Positions 1-7,843 of a DNA stretch of 24,000 nt are shown here, one piece after another. A program made the position numbers and the translations under genes. Source of the stretch: Methylophilus sp. (GTDB lineage Bacteria > Pseudomonadota > Gammaproteobacteria > Burkholderiales > Methylophilaceae); assembly GCF_052173275.1 (NCBI RefSeq), contig NZ_JBQMUL010000002.1, forward strand, positions 970,108-994,107, read 5' to 3'. The number at the start of each line of letters is the position of its first letter. Positions within the stretch are counted from its first letter, which is position 1. Under the pieces are notes generated by a model. That model was given only the letters and a program-made list of their open reading frames with translations, made no database searches and was not told where the DNA came from.

Positions 1-2
1 GC

Positions 3-482
3 CAGGACCCTATTTTGTATGGCAATTTCATGGCCAAAGTAGCGCTGGTACCGATCGCTCCGTCGCTTATCGCCTTAACCAACAAGCCTATCGATGTCAG
101 CTTTGCTTCCGATAGCCTGAAAAAATCGGTGGTGGATTTTTTCATTACGCACACGGCCGAGTGGGAATTGCGTATCCAGTTGTGCACCGACATCAATAAA
201 ATGCCGATTGAGGATTCCTCTGTGGTCTGGTCTGAAGATGTGTCGCCGTATCTGCCGGTGGCAAAAATCACCGCCAAACCGCAAATCGCCTGGAGCCCTT
301 ACCGCTCAGAAGTGGTGGATAATGGCATGATGTTCTCGCCCTGGCATGGCATCAAGTCCCACCGGCCGTTAGGCTCAGTCATGCGTTTGCGCAAAATCAC
401 TTATGAAATGTCCAAACATACCAATGCCATGTCGATCGGGAAAGCCATTCCTGAACCCACGCACCTGGATGACTTATGCTAG
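3..482 (+). CDS. Catalase-related haem-protein family, C-terminal part (5' end outside the window)
   Basis: The frame is open from the window edge (phase of nt 3) to TAG at 480-482. The block FSPWHG..HRPLGSVMRLRKITYEMSKH resembles the proximal-Tyr region (R-x3-Y) of catalase-like proteins. A strong terminator follows. Confidence 0.45.
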   Translation, partial: QDPILYGNFMAKVALVPIAPSLIALTNKPIDVSFASDSLKKSVVDFFITHTAEWELRIQLCTDINKMPIEDSSVVWSEDVSPYLPVAKITAKPQIAWSPYRSEVVDNGMMFSPWHGIKSHRPLGSVMRLRKITYEMSKHTNAMSIGKAIPEPTHLDDLC

Positions 483-529
483 ATGGTTATTGTTAGAGGC
501 CTTATTAAACGGCTTCTGCGGATCGTGAT

Positions 530-565
530 AAAAAAACGGCGACCTGGTTTGGTCGCCGTTTTTTA
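530..565. terminator. Bidirectional rho-independent terminator between convergent genes
   Basis: A-run (530-536), 9-bp GC-rich stem ACGGCGACC (536-544) / GGTCGCCGT (551-559), 6-nt loop, then a T-run (559-564). It sits between the stops of the + strand catalase-like gene and the - strand vWA gene. Confidence 0.8.
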
Positions 566-613
566 TTGATGGTGTTTGTCAGCTTGTTAATGGCCTATGC
601 GCCAAGCCAACCC

Positions 614-1582
614 TCATCTGGCGACATTGCGGTAGCGCAAACGATAGACCAGCAGATCTGGAATATAGGTCGCGATCACCATCAGTGCCGCCAGCGTCAG
701 GAACAACCATTTCACTGAATAACTGGTCACAAATTTGGCTGCCGGGGTTTGCGATTGCACAAACTCATAAAACGCCGGCTGGTCCACGCCTTCAATATAT
801 TGCCCTTTGATATCGGAGGCCAGTTCTTTCAAATGTTCCACATCCTGGCTGGATAAATAGCGGTCAAATTCGGCATACGCCACCGGCGGGTCCGGATCGT
901 CTTTGCTGGCATCGTTGTAATTCACACCGCCGCCCGCGCTTTCGGCGGCTGCATCTGTTCCCCAGTAACCGACAAATTTGTTGTTGGCATTAAAGCGCTT
1001 GATAGGCGCTGGCTCGGTGCCACCTATGCCGACAAAGATCACATTCTTGCCTATGCGCACATCGCTGATATCCAGCTTGTTGATGCCGTTGGCTTTCGGG
1101 GCTTCATCGCCATCGGTAAAAAACAGCATTTGCGCGGGGATATTCAGGTAGTCAAACGTAGCCTCAGCCGCTTTCACACCAAACGTCATGCGGCTGTTAC
1201 CGCTCCAGGCCATACGCCATTCCAGATGGTTGATACTATCAGTGATGATGTCAAAGTTAGCGCACACTTCCAGTGGCATAAACAATAACGCTACATTCTC
1301 AGCCGCAAATACACCGACACTGACATAAGTGCCACAAGGGGATGTTTTCACGACCTGCTTCATCAGGTGTTGCGTGTAAGCCAGGCGTGTCGCAGGCTTA
1401 TCGGCGACCTTCATATCTTCCGCGTTCATGCTTTGCGAGATATCAGCCAGCAACAGATAGTTATGCACTTCCTGCTTGAGCTGGATCTCCGGTTTGACCA
1501 GCGCCAGTACCAGGAAAATCATGGCACATAACAACAAAGCCGTTTCGTAGTTGTGTTTTAACAGTGCAAAAAAACGTTTCAT
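614..1582 (-). CDS. Membrane-anchored von Willebrand factor A (vWA) protein, MxaL-like
   Basis: 322-aa ORF with N- and C-terminal hydrophobic helices and a MIDAS DxSxS motif (LLLADISQSM). Its start overlaps the upstream stop by 4 nt. It is the sixth gene of the MoxR/DUF58/vWA operon. Confidence 0.7.
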   Translation of the reverse strand: MKRFFALLKHNYETALLLCAMIFLVLALVKPEIQLKQEVHNYLLLADISQSMNAEDMKVADKPATRLAYTQHLMKQVVKTSPCGTYVSVGVFAAENVALLFMPLEVCANFDIITDSINHLEWRMAWSGNSRMTFGVKAAEATFDYLNIPAQMLFFTDGDEAPKANGINKLDISDVRIGKNVIFVGIGGTEPAPIKRFNANNKFVGYWGTDAAAESAGGGVNYNDASKDDPDPPVAYAEFDRYLSSQDVEHLKELASDIKGQYIEGVDQPAFYEFVQSQTPAAKFVTSYSVKWLFLTLAALMVIATYIPDLLVYRLRYRNVAR

Positions 1583-2142
1583 GGCAACCCCTGTGGCAGG
1601 TTACTGATCTCCAGGCCAGACGGATCCTGGGGCACGGTCTTGATATGCCTGGGGATCACGCCATGCAGCAGGCTCAGGTTGAATTTGGCTGCCTGGTTGT
1701 GCGGGTCAAGCTTTAACGCCTGCTCATACGAAGCACGCGCCTGCAGATAATCGAACTTTGCCTGTTCCTGAATCGCACCGTCTGCCTCTACCAGGCGTTG
1801 CAAACCGGAGCGGAACAGGTGATTACCGATATTGAAATGGATCTGCGATTTCAGCAGGGGGTCAGGCTCGAACACTTGCTCATCCTGCTTTTTAGGTGCT
1901 TCCAGCAATTGCCCGAAATTCTGGCTGGCATGCTTGAAGTTACCGGTTTTCCCTTGCTGGTAAGCATCGGCAAATTTACGGTGGAAGGCAAACTGGTCAC
2001 CTTCCAGCACCTCGCCCCTTTGCAGAATGCTGTTGGCAGAGGCGATCTTATTCACCTGGAAACCTTCGTACACAGTGCCGACCAGCCCGACGAACAACAA
2101 TAGTCCCAGTACCTGGTTTTTGCGCGCTATATGGTTTTTCAT
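1579..2142 (-). CDS. TPR-like membrane-anchored protein, MxaK-like
   Basis: 187-aa ORF with an N-terminal TM helix (VLGLLLFVGLVGTV) and a TPR-like segment (ARASYEQALKLDPHNQAAKFNLSLL). It has ATGA-type 4-nt overlaps with both neighbours. Confidence 0.6.
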   Translation of the reverse strand: MKNHIARKNQVLGLLLFVGLVGTVYEGFQVNKIASANSILQRGEVLEGDQFAFHRKFADAYQQGKTGNFKHASQNFGQLLEAPKKQDEQVFEPDPLLKSQIHFNIGNHLFRSGLQRLVEADGAIQEQAKFDYLQARASYEQALKLDPHNQAAKFNLSLLHGVIPRHIKTVPQDPSGLEISNLPQGLP

Positions 2143-3104
2143 TCATACACCCTTAAATTTTTAATACCCAGGATCAACAACACCAGCACCAGTGCACTGA
2201 TCACGAATATTTTTGAATAATCAAAACCGGCGATGGTTTCGTTATACTTAATGACCTTTTTCTCACGCGAATCAATGTCATTGATCGCTGATTGCAGAGT
2301 CTCCGGATTGTCGGCTTCATAGGCTTTGTATTTCAGCCCCAATGACTGGAAGTATTTATGCAGCACGATCGAATTTGGCGTGCGGCCTTCTTCGTATTCG
2401 TCCTTGGAGAAGATACTGGCCTCGCCGGGTTCGCGTAGCATGATCCAGTAGATACTCAGTTTGCGGCTCTTCAGGCGTTCGCTCAGTAAAAACTTCACGC
2501 GTGGGCTCAGCTTGCCCGCGCCATCTGATAATAAAATCACCGCACGAGAACCGGAGTTCTGGATGTTATCGAACAGGCCGACCGCTTCCGTCAAACCGGC
2601 GCCGATATTGGTCTGGTTCAGTGACGGGCTGGTCGCCGCCACGATCGCCGCATGGATCGCGTCGCGATTGGTGGTGATTTTGATGCCGTACAAGGCCGAG
2701 TTGGTAAAGCCAACCACGCCCATCATGTCGTTCGGCCGTGAGTCGATAAACTGGGTAATGATGCGCCGTGCGGTCGCGGATTTGATCTCAGCTACATGCC
2801 CGGACGAATCACCGGCAAACGGGTGATCCATACTGACACTGCGGTCTATCACCATCACCGTTTGCGCGCCCTTGCCTACCTTAGGCACCTGCTCATCCGA
2901 ACCTCTGGGCGAGGCCAGTGCAATCACGATGCTCAGCAACAGCAACGACATGATGACTTTAACCGCCAGGTTCAGCCGGTCAGAAAAAACGTCTTCGGGC
3001 ACGATATCCAGCCAGCTGTAATGCTGGCCCTGATGGCCTTTTAACCAGAAAGGCAGCAGCGCGATCGGCAACAGCGCAAATGCCCACGGATGCAAGATAA
3101 TCAT
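2139..3104 (-). CDS. Membrane vWA-domain protein, MxaC-like
   Basis: MIDAS DxSxS motif (VMVIDRSVSM), N-terminal TM helices and a C-terminal TM anchor. The start is placed at ATG 3104, which forms an ATGA overlap with the upstream stop (3101-3104). The longest ORF would start at 3122. Confidence 0.7.
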   Translation of the reverse strand: MIILHPWAFALLPIALLPFWLKGHQGQHYSWLDIVPEDVFSDRLNLAVKVIMSLLLLSIVIALASPRGSDEQVPKVGKGAQTVMVIDRSVSMDHPFAGDSSGHVAEIKSATARRIITQFIDSRPNDMMGVVGFTNSALYGIKITTNRDAIHAAIVAATSPSLNQTNIGAGLTEAVGLFDNIQNSGSRAVILLSDGAGKLSPRVKFLLSERLKSRKLSIYWIMLREPGEASIFSKDEYEEGRTPNSIVLHKYFQSLGLKYKAYEADNPETLQSAINDIDSREKKVIKYNETIAGFDYSKIFVISALVLVLLILGIKNLRVYE

Positions 3105-4078
3105 GCCACGCCCCGCTCGCAATCACGCAGCTGTTTGCTGAGTTGCACCAGTTGCGCGATCACCTGCTGGCTGTCGCGTGTTTTAACGTCATATAAAGAC
3201 TGATTGGACGCTTCAAAGAATTGCGTGATCTCGCTTTGCATGCCTTTAAAACCAGGGCGCAAACGCATAAATTCTTCGATATCCCGCGCAAAAATGTTCG
3301 CGCCATAATGCTGGTTAAAAGCTTGATGCAGATACACCAGTGCTTTTTTCTCTTCCACCGCCGTTTTTGGTTTGGATGATTTTGCCAGGCGTTTGAGCTG
3401 GCGATGGGCGCGGGCAAAAGCACCGCCCATAAACGGTAACCATTGCCCATCGGCATTGATATAAAGCAAGCCCGCCAGGCTGGCGACCAGCAAGGTGACA
3501 AATAACCCCAGGCGTTGCTCATCGGCACGGCTTACGATCAGTGGCGTTTTAAATTCCGGCAGCAGGTTCTTCTTGGCGGTGGCAGTACCGCCTGTGACCA
3601 AAGGTGAAAACCAGAAGCCCCAGGCAGGCACTTCAACTGTCGTTGCCGTTGCCCCGGTAAATGCGAGTTTCTCAGCCGGTAAATGCATCACACTCGGGTA
3701 AGTGCTGACAGCAAATACCTGGTAACTGAGTTGCAGGGTGTATTGAGTATGGTCAGATTGCGGCTTGGTTTGTAGGGCCACATCGACCAACTCAATGCCG
3801 TCATGCTTGCTGCCTTTTTTAGGCAAGGCATTGTCGGCCAGTGTATACGCTGTTGGCGCATCGACCACCACCGTTCTGCTCAGTACATCGCCAATATGCA
3901 CGCCATTGGTAGAAGGCGGATTGGTCACTGTCACCACTGGTGCCGATGTCACCGAAGTGCTGGCAGGTGGCGCGGCCTCTTCTGCCACCACGATACTGGC
4001 GGTGCCTAATAAGCTGGCGACTAGCACCAGGCGTTGCAGCGCCTGGCGGTTCGTCTGGTATGAAATCTGTTTTAGCAT
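3101..4078 (-). CDS. Signal-peptide/TM protein in the MxaA position of the operon
   Basis: 325-aa ORF with a signal-like N-terminus (LVLVASLLGTASIVVA/EE) and one internal TM helix (LGLFVTLLVASLAGLLYI). I recognised no catalytic motif. The call rests on its position between the DUF58 and vWA genes. Confidence 0.5.
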   Translation of the reverse strand: MLKQISYQTNRQALQRLVLVASLLGTASIVVAEEAAPPASTSVTSAPVVTVTNPPSTNGVHIGDVLSRTVVVDAPTAYTLADNALPKKGSKHDGIELVDVALQTKPQSDHTQYTLQLSYQVFAVSTYPSVMHLPAEKLAFTGATATTVEVPAWGFWFSPLVTGGTATAKKNLLPEFKTPLIVSRADEQRLGLFVTLLVASLAGLLYINADGQWLPFMGGAFARAHRQLKRLAKSSKPKTAVEEKKALVYLHQAFNQHYGANIFARDIEEFMRLRPGFKGMQSEITQFFEASNQSLYDVKTRDSQQVIAQLVQLSKQLRDCERGVA

Positions 4079-4136
4079 AATTGTATATTTCGCTCGGTTA
4101 ACTGGTGATCACTATTTGCTTTTCACGCTGTTTGGG

Positions 4137-5045
4137 TCACATGGCTTGTTCAAAATAATGCGTCATCAGCTCTGGCCGGTAGTCACCGTGCATAAACAGC
4201 GCCGGACTATCAAAACGCAAAAACAAGGCTTCCAGCGCATGCCTGCGTGCATTAAATGCAGCTAGGAATTTTGCTTTCACTTCGCTGCGGAAAAACAGCG
4301 TACGGTTAAGACCGGTTTCGAGATCTATCATGGTGCCAAAGCCAAACTTGGGCAGTTTTTTGTATTCCTCGTCATCCCATAGCACGATAGGAATGACCTT
4401 ATGCGCCGACATCGCCAGCAAGGTTTTTTCTATCAGGCTCAGAGGCATATGAAAGTCTGAAATCCAGAACACCAGCGCACGCGTCTGGCCGAGGAAATTG
4501 GGCACATCAGTCACGCCCTCCACGCCTATGCGCAAATGCCGGTAGTCATGCAACAAGGCAATGGCGGCTTTACTCTGGTGCAAATTGCGGCTTAACGGCA
4601 AGGTGAAATCTTCGATCACCTGCTGGTTATAGCCAATAAACCCGAACAGATCACCCGCGTTGTAGGCCGAATTCGCCACCGCGGTGGCAATCTCGATCGC
4701 AGTATCCAGCTTGCGCTTGCGCCCACTGAATTGCATGGAGCTGGACAAATCACACACAGCGTAAATAGGCGTGGTGCTGTCCTGGTTAAACTGCCGCACC
4801 TGCACTTGCTCAAACGGGTCACGTATGGTCTGACGCAAATCCATGCGCCGCGCATCCGGGTAATCGACCAGGTTGACGGTACCACGGTAATCCGAGCCCA
4901 GGCCACGCTGGGTACCGGCATGATCACCCAGTTGTATGCTGTCCGATTTCCAGCCGATCACATACTCGAACGGCCGCGCATAGCTCGCATCGTCATACTG
5001 CCCGGCTGGCTGCTTATCCGCTTTTTTGATGAATGAACGTATCAT
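4137..5045 (-). CDS. DUF58-family (vWA-like) protein, MxaS-like
   Basis: 302-aa ORF immediately downstream of the MoxR ATPase (9-nt gap), which is the canonical MoxR-DUF58 pairing. It has a DxSxS-like motif (AVCDLSSSMQF). Confidence 0.7.
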   Translation of the reverse strand: MIRSFIKKADKQPAGQYDDASYARPFEYVIGWKSDSIQLGDHAGTQRGLGSDYRGTVNLVDYPDARRMDLRQTIRDPFEQVQVRQFNQDSTTPIYAVCDLSSSMQFSGRKRKLDTAIEIATAVANSAYNAGDLFGFIGYNQQVIEDFTLPLSRNLHQSKAAIALLHDYRHLRIGVEGVTDVPNFLGQTRALVFWISDFHMPLSLIEKTLLAMSAHKVIPIVLWDDEEYKKLPKFGFGTMIDLETGLNRTLFFRSEVKAKFLAAFNARRHALEALFLRFDSPALFMHGDYRPELMTHYFEQAM

Positions 5046-5054
5046 TGGCTGGCT

Positions 5055-6104
5055 TTAGGCTGCTTTGCTGAAGGTCAGGCTAGGCACGGCAAGCGTGCGG
5101 ATGATATTGGTCGTCAGTTCACGCGCCAGCGCCGTCCTGCGGTTTTCATAGGCCGCGTTAAACACCAGGCGGTGCGAGATCACTTCGTGGAACACGGCAT
5201 GGATATCTTCCGGATACAGGCTGTCGCGGCCATTCAGCCAGGCATTCACGCGGGCCGCTTTCATCAGCATGCCCATGCCGCGCGGGCTGGCGCCGGTCTG
5301 GATCACACGGCCGACATCCACACTGTCCATGGTCACGCCAAACTTCTCCGGGCTTTGCGTGGCATCCCACAGATCCATGGTGTACTCTTCCAGCACATCG
5401 CTGGATTTGATGTGGTCTTGCAGTAAGTCAGAAAACGCATTCAACTGGTCAAATTTCAGGATATCGCTCTCTACCTGTTGCGTCAGTTTTTCGGCATGCT
5501 GGAATTTGGTATTGAACACCAGTGACTTTTTCAGCTCGCGGTCAGACGGGATCTCGATCGGGATCTCCATCATGAACCGGTCACGCGCCGCAGAAGGGAT
5601 CTCAAACGTCTCGTTTTTTTCCACCTGGTTACGGTCAGCAAACACGATCATGTGCGGCATGCGGTATTCTTTTTTGAACGCGCTGATATGGCGCTCGGCC
5701 ATCACGCGCAGCATCAGCGCATGCACTTGTGGCCGGGCACGGTTGATCTCATTAAAGAAAAACACGGATAAGTTTTCACCCGCGCGCAGCAGCGGGCCTT
5801 CGTCAATCTGCGGCCTGCCGTCCGGGCCGAGGAAGGTATGGTAGATCAGGTCATTCGGCATCAGATCCACCGTGCCCTCGATCCGCTCGTAAGCGCCACC
5901 GATACCGCGCGCAATCGATTGCAACAAAGTGGTTTTACCGACACCGACGCCGCCATCCAGCAACACATGGCCGCGTGCAAAAATCGCAATGTTCATCAAA
6001 CGAATGGCTTTGCTTTGCCCAACAATCACCTGGTTGACCTGCTTTTCCAGGTTCAGAGCATGGTTACGCCAATCTGCCAATTGAATATCTAATGAAGCGG
6101 ACAT
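5055..6104 (-). CDS. moxR: MoxR-family AAA+ ATPase (MxaR-like)
   Basis: 349-aa ORF with Walker A GGVGVGKT (res 51-58), the MoxR-type box VFFFNEINRARPQV (Walker B reads NE, not DE) and ...SPRG... near the C-terminus. It is the first gene of a six-gene coupled operon. Confidence 0.85.
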   Translation of the reverse strand: MSASLDIQLADWRNHALNLEKQVNQVIVGQSKAIRLMNIAIFARGHVLLDGGVGVGKTTLLQSIARGIGGAYERIEGTVDLMPNDLIYHTFLGPDGRPQIDEGPLLRAGENLSVFFFNEINRARPQVHALMLRVMAERHISAFKKEYRMPHMIVFADRNQVEKNETFEIPSAARDRFMMEIPIEIPSDRELKKSLVFNTKFQHAEKLTQQVESDILKFDQLNAFSDLLQDHIKSSDVLEEYTMDLWDATQSPEKFGVTMDSVDVGRVIQTGASPRGMGMLMKAARVNAWLNGRDSLYPEDIHAVFHEVISHRLVFNAAYENRRTALARELTTNIIRTLAVPSLTFSKAA

Positions 6105-6120
6105 GAATCTTTCCTTTAAT

Positions 6121-6279
6121 AGAATGTTTCAAAAATGTAACAGAATGTAACTAGTCCACAATCCTCCAGTTTCGAGAACTTTGCTGGTCCAGTTAAATAT
6201 GCGATATAGTGAAGGTTACATAGTCCAGATTGCGACTAAAGAAAAGGGATTTTTTCCCGCTGTTGCGTATATTCAGCGG
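6121..6279. promoter_or_regulatory. Divergent control region with several short repeat families (candidate MocR operator/promoters)
   Basis: A(G/A)AATGT occurs at 6121, 6132 and 6142 with about 10-11 bp period, including AATGTAAC twice (6134, 6144). T(A/G)GTCCA occurs at 6152, 6185 and 6221 (33 and 36 bp apart). The inverted repeat CCGCTG-N11-CAGCGG (6257-6279) lies just upstream of the GGAG RBS (6285-6288) of the MocR gene. Confidence 0.35.
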
Positions 6280-6297
6280 CGGATGGAGACGTGAAAA

Positions 6298-7764
6298 ATG
6301 CTACGTTCGTGGAGCCTTAAATTAACCATTACCGACACCTCGGGGTTACCGGTCTACCTGCAAATCGCCCAGCAAATCATGGAAGAGATCCAGCGCGGCC
6401 GCCTGGCGCCTTCGACCGCCATGCCAGGCACGCGGGAGCTGGCCGAAAAACTGCAGGTCAACCGTAAAACGGTGATCCTGGCCTATGATGAACTGATCGC
6501 CCAGGGCTGGCTGGTTTCCGAGCAGCGCCGGGGCTCGTTTGTTTCTGCCAGCCTGCCTAACTTCAATGCACAGCCGCAAACAGCCAATACCAGCAAGCAA
6601 CCCGCCAATGTGGTGGAAGCGACCAATCACCCGCTGCTGAGTTACCAATCGCCGGTCGATGGCGTGATCGACTTTAATGACGGCATCCCCGATGCGCGAC
6701 TGATCCCGTTCAATATCCTGTCGCGCGCATTCAGGCATGCACTCATAGGTTCCAGCAAAGGCAAAAGCCTGGGGTACGGCGACCCGCGCGGCACACTGGC
6801 GTTACGGCAATCCATCGCCACCATGCTGAATATGGAAAGAGGCCTGAGTGTCGCGATCGACCAGATCTGTATCGCGCGCGGCAGCCAGATGGGTATTTTC
6901 CTGGCGGCGCGTGTACTCACCAGACCTAATGACAATATCGTGGTCGAGCAGCTCAGCTACCCGGCGGCAAAAGAAGCCTTCAGGTCTTGCGGCGCCAACA
7001 TCCTCACTGTCGGGCAAGACAAACACGGCATCGATGTCACCGCGCTGGAAAAACTCTGCCAGCAACAGCCTATACGCGCTATTTATGTCACGCCACACCA
7101 TCAATTCCCCACCACCGTGATCATGACTGCCGAGCGGCGCCTGAAACTGCTGATGCTGGCCGAGCAATACGACTTCACCATTGTGGAAGACGACTACGAC
7201 CACGAATTCCACTTCTCGCACCACCCTGTGTTTCCGCTGGCCAGCACCAACCACGGCGGCCGTGTCATGTATGTAGGTTCACTCTCCAAAGTGCTGGCAC
7301 CCGGTTTACGCGTAGGCTACCTGGTGGCAACCCCAGGCCTGATAGACCGCTGCGCTAAAGAGGTCATGCTGATAGACCGTCAAGGTAATTCCATCACTGA
7401 GCTGGCCGTGGCCGAGCTCATGGATTCCGGCGAAATCAAACGCCATATCCGCCGGACATTCAAAGTGTATAACGAGCGCCGTAACCTGCTGATCGCGCTG
7501 ATTAATCAGGAATTGAAACAGTACGTGACCTTTGATGCGCCAGATGGTGGCCTTGCCATCTGGCTACGGCTAAAGGAAGGTATAGACGTGGAGGCTGTCT
7601 CGGCACAAGGGTTAAAACATCAGGTACGCATCCTGCCCGGCACCCTGTTTTCAGAATCCGAACAAAGCGTGCATGCAATCAGGCTGGGCTTTGGCAGTTT
7701 GACGACCGCTGAATTGGAAAAAGGGGTGTTGGCATTGAAAGCGGCGTTTCAAGCAACGCTGTAG
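6298..7764 (+). CDS. MocR/GabR-type transcriptional regulator (GntR wHTH + PLP aminotransferase-like domain)
   Basis: 488 aa. It has an N-terminal GntR HTH (GTRELAEKLQVNRKTVILAYDELIAQGWL) and a C-terminal fold-type I aminotransferase-like domain with a PLP-lysine motif (SLSKVLAPGLRVGY). It is divergent from moxR. Confidence 0.85.
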   Translation: MLRSWSLKLTITDTSGLPVYLQIAQQIMEEIQRGRLAPSTAMPGTRELAEKLQVNRKTVILAYDELIAQGWLVSEQRRGSFVSASLPNFNAQPQTANTSKQPANVVEATNHPLLSYQSPVDGVIDFNDGIPDARLIPFNILSRAFRHALIGSSKGKSLGYGDPRGTLALRQSIATMLNMERGLSVAIDQICIARGSQMGIFLAARVLTRPNDNIVVEQLSYPAAKEAFRSCGANILTVGQDKHGIDVTALEKLCQQQPIRAIYVTPHHQFPTTVIMTAERRLKLLMLAEQYDFTIVEDDYDHEFHFSHHPVFPLASTNHGGRVMYVGSLSKVLAPGLRVGYLVATPGLIDRCAKEVMLIDRQGNSITELAVAELMDSGEIKRHIRRTFKVYNERRNLLIALINQELKQYVTFDAPDGGLAIWLRLKEGIDVEAVSAQGLKHQVRILPGTLFSESEQSVHAIRLGFGSLTTAELEKGVLALKAAFQATL

Positions 7765-7843
7765 CGCAAGCGCTAAGAGAATTAGTTTTTATTGCTTTTT
7801 GCAGCCAGACACCAATAAAGCAGGGGATAAAGCCTGGAGCGCT

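Noticed and set aside
3104-3122. The longer start (ATG 3122) for the MxaC-like gene
   Set aside because: It would overlap the upstream gene by 22 nt. ATG 3104 gives the same ATGA stop-start overlap seen at the next two junctions of the operon. I cannot exclude the longer start without N-terminal data.
3765-4265. A 166-aa + strand ORF, plus small ORFs at 3160-3528(-), 3495-3701(+) and 3803-4009(+)
   Set aside because: They overlap the MxaA-position gene in alternative or antisense frames. They have no motifs and fit poorly with the tightly coupled minus-strand operon.
5269-5844. A 191-aa + strand ORF, plus others at 5172-5426 and 5838-6092
   Set aside because: They are antisense to the MoxR ATPase gene. 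Their Ser/Cys/Arg-rich composition indicates shadow ORFs.
6346-7358. Several ORFs inside or antisense to the first MocR gene (6346-6738, 6642-6935, 6802-7254, 6848-7120, 6987-7358)
   Set aside because: The + frame starting at 6298 has clear GntR and aminotransferase motifs. The others are Arg/His/Pro-rich shadow frames.
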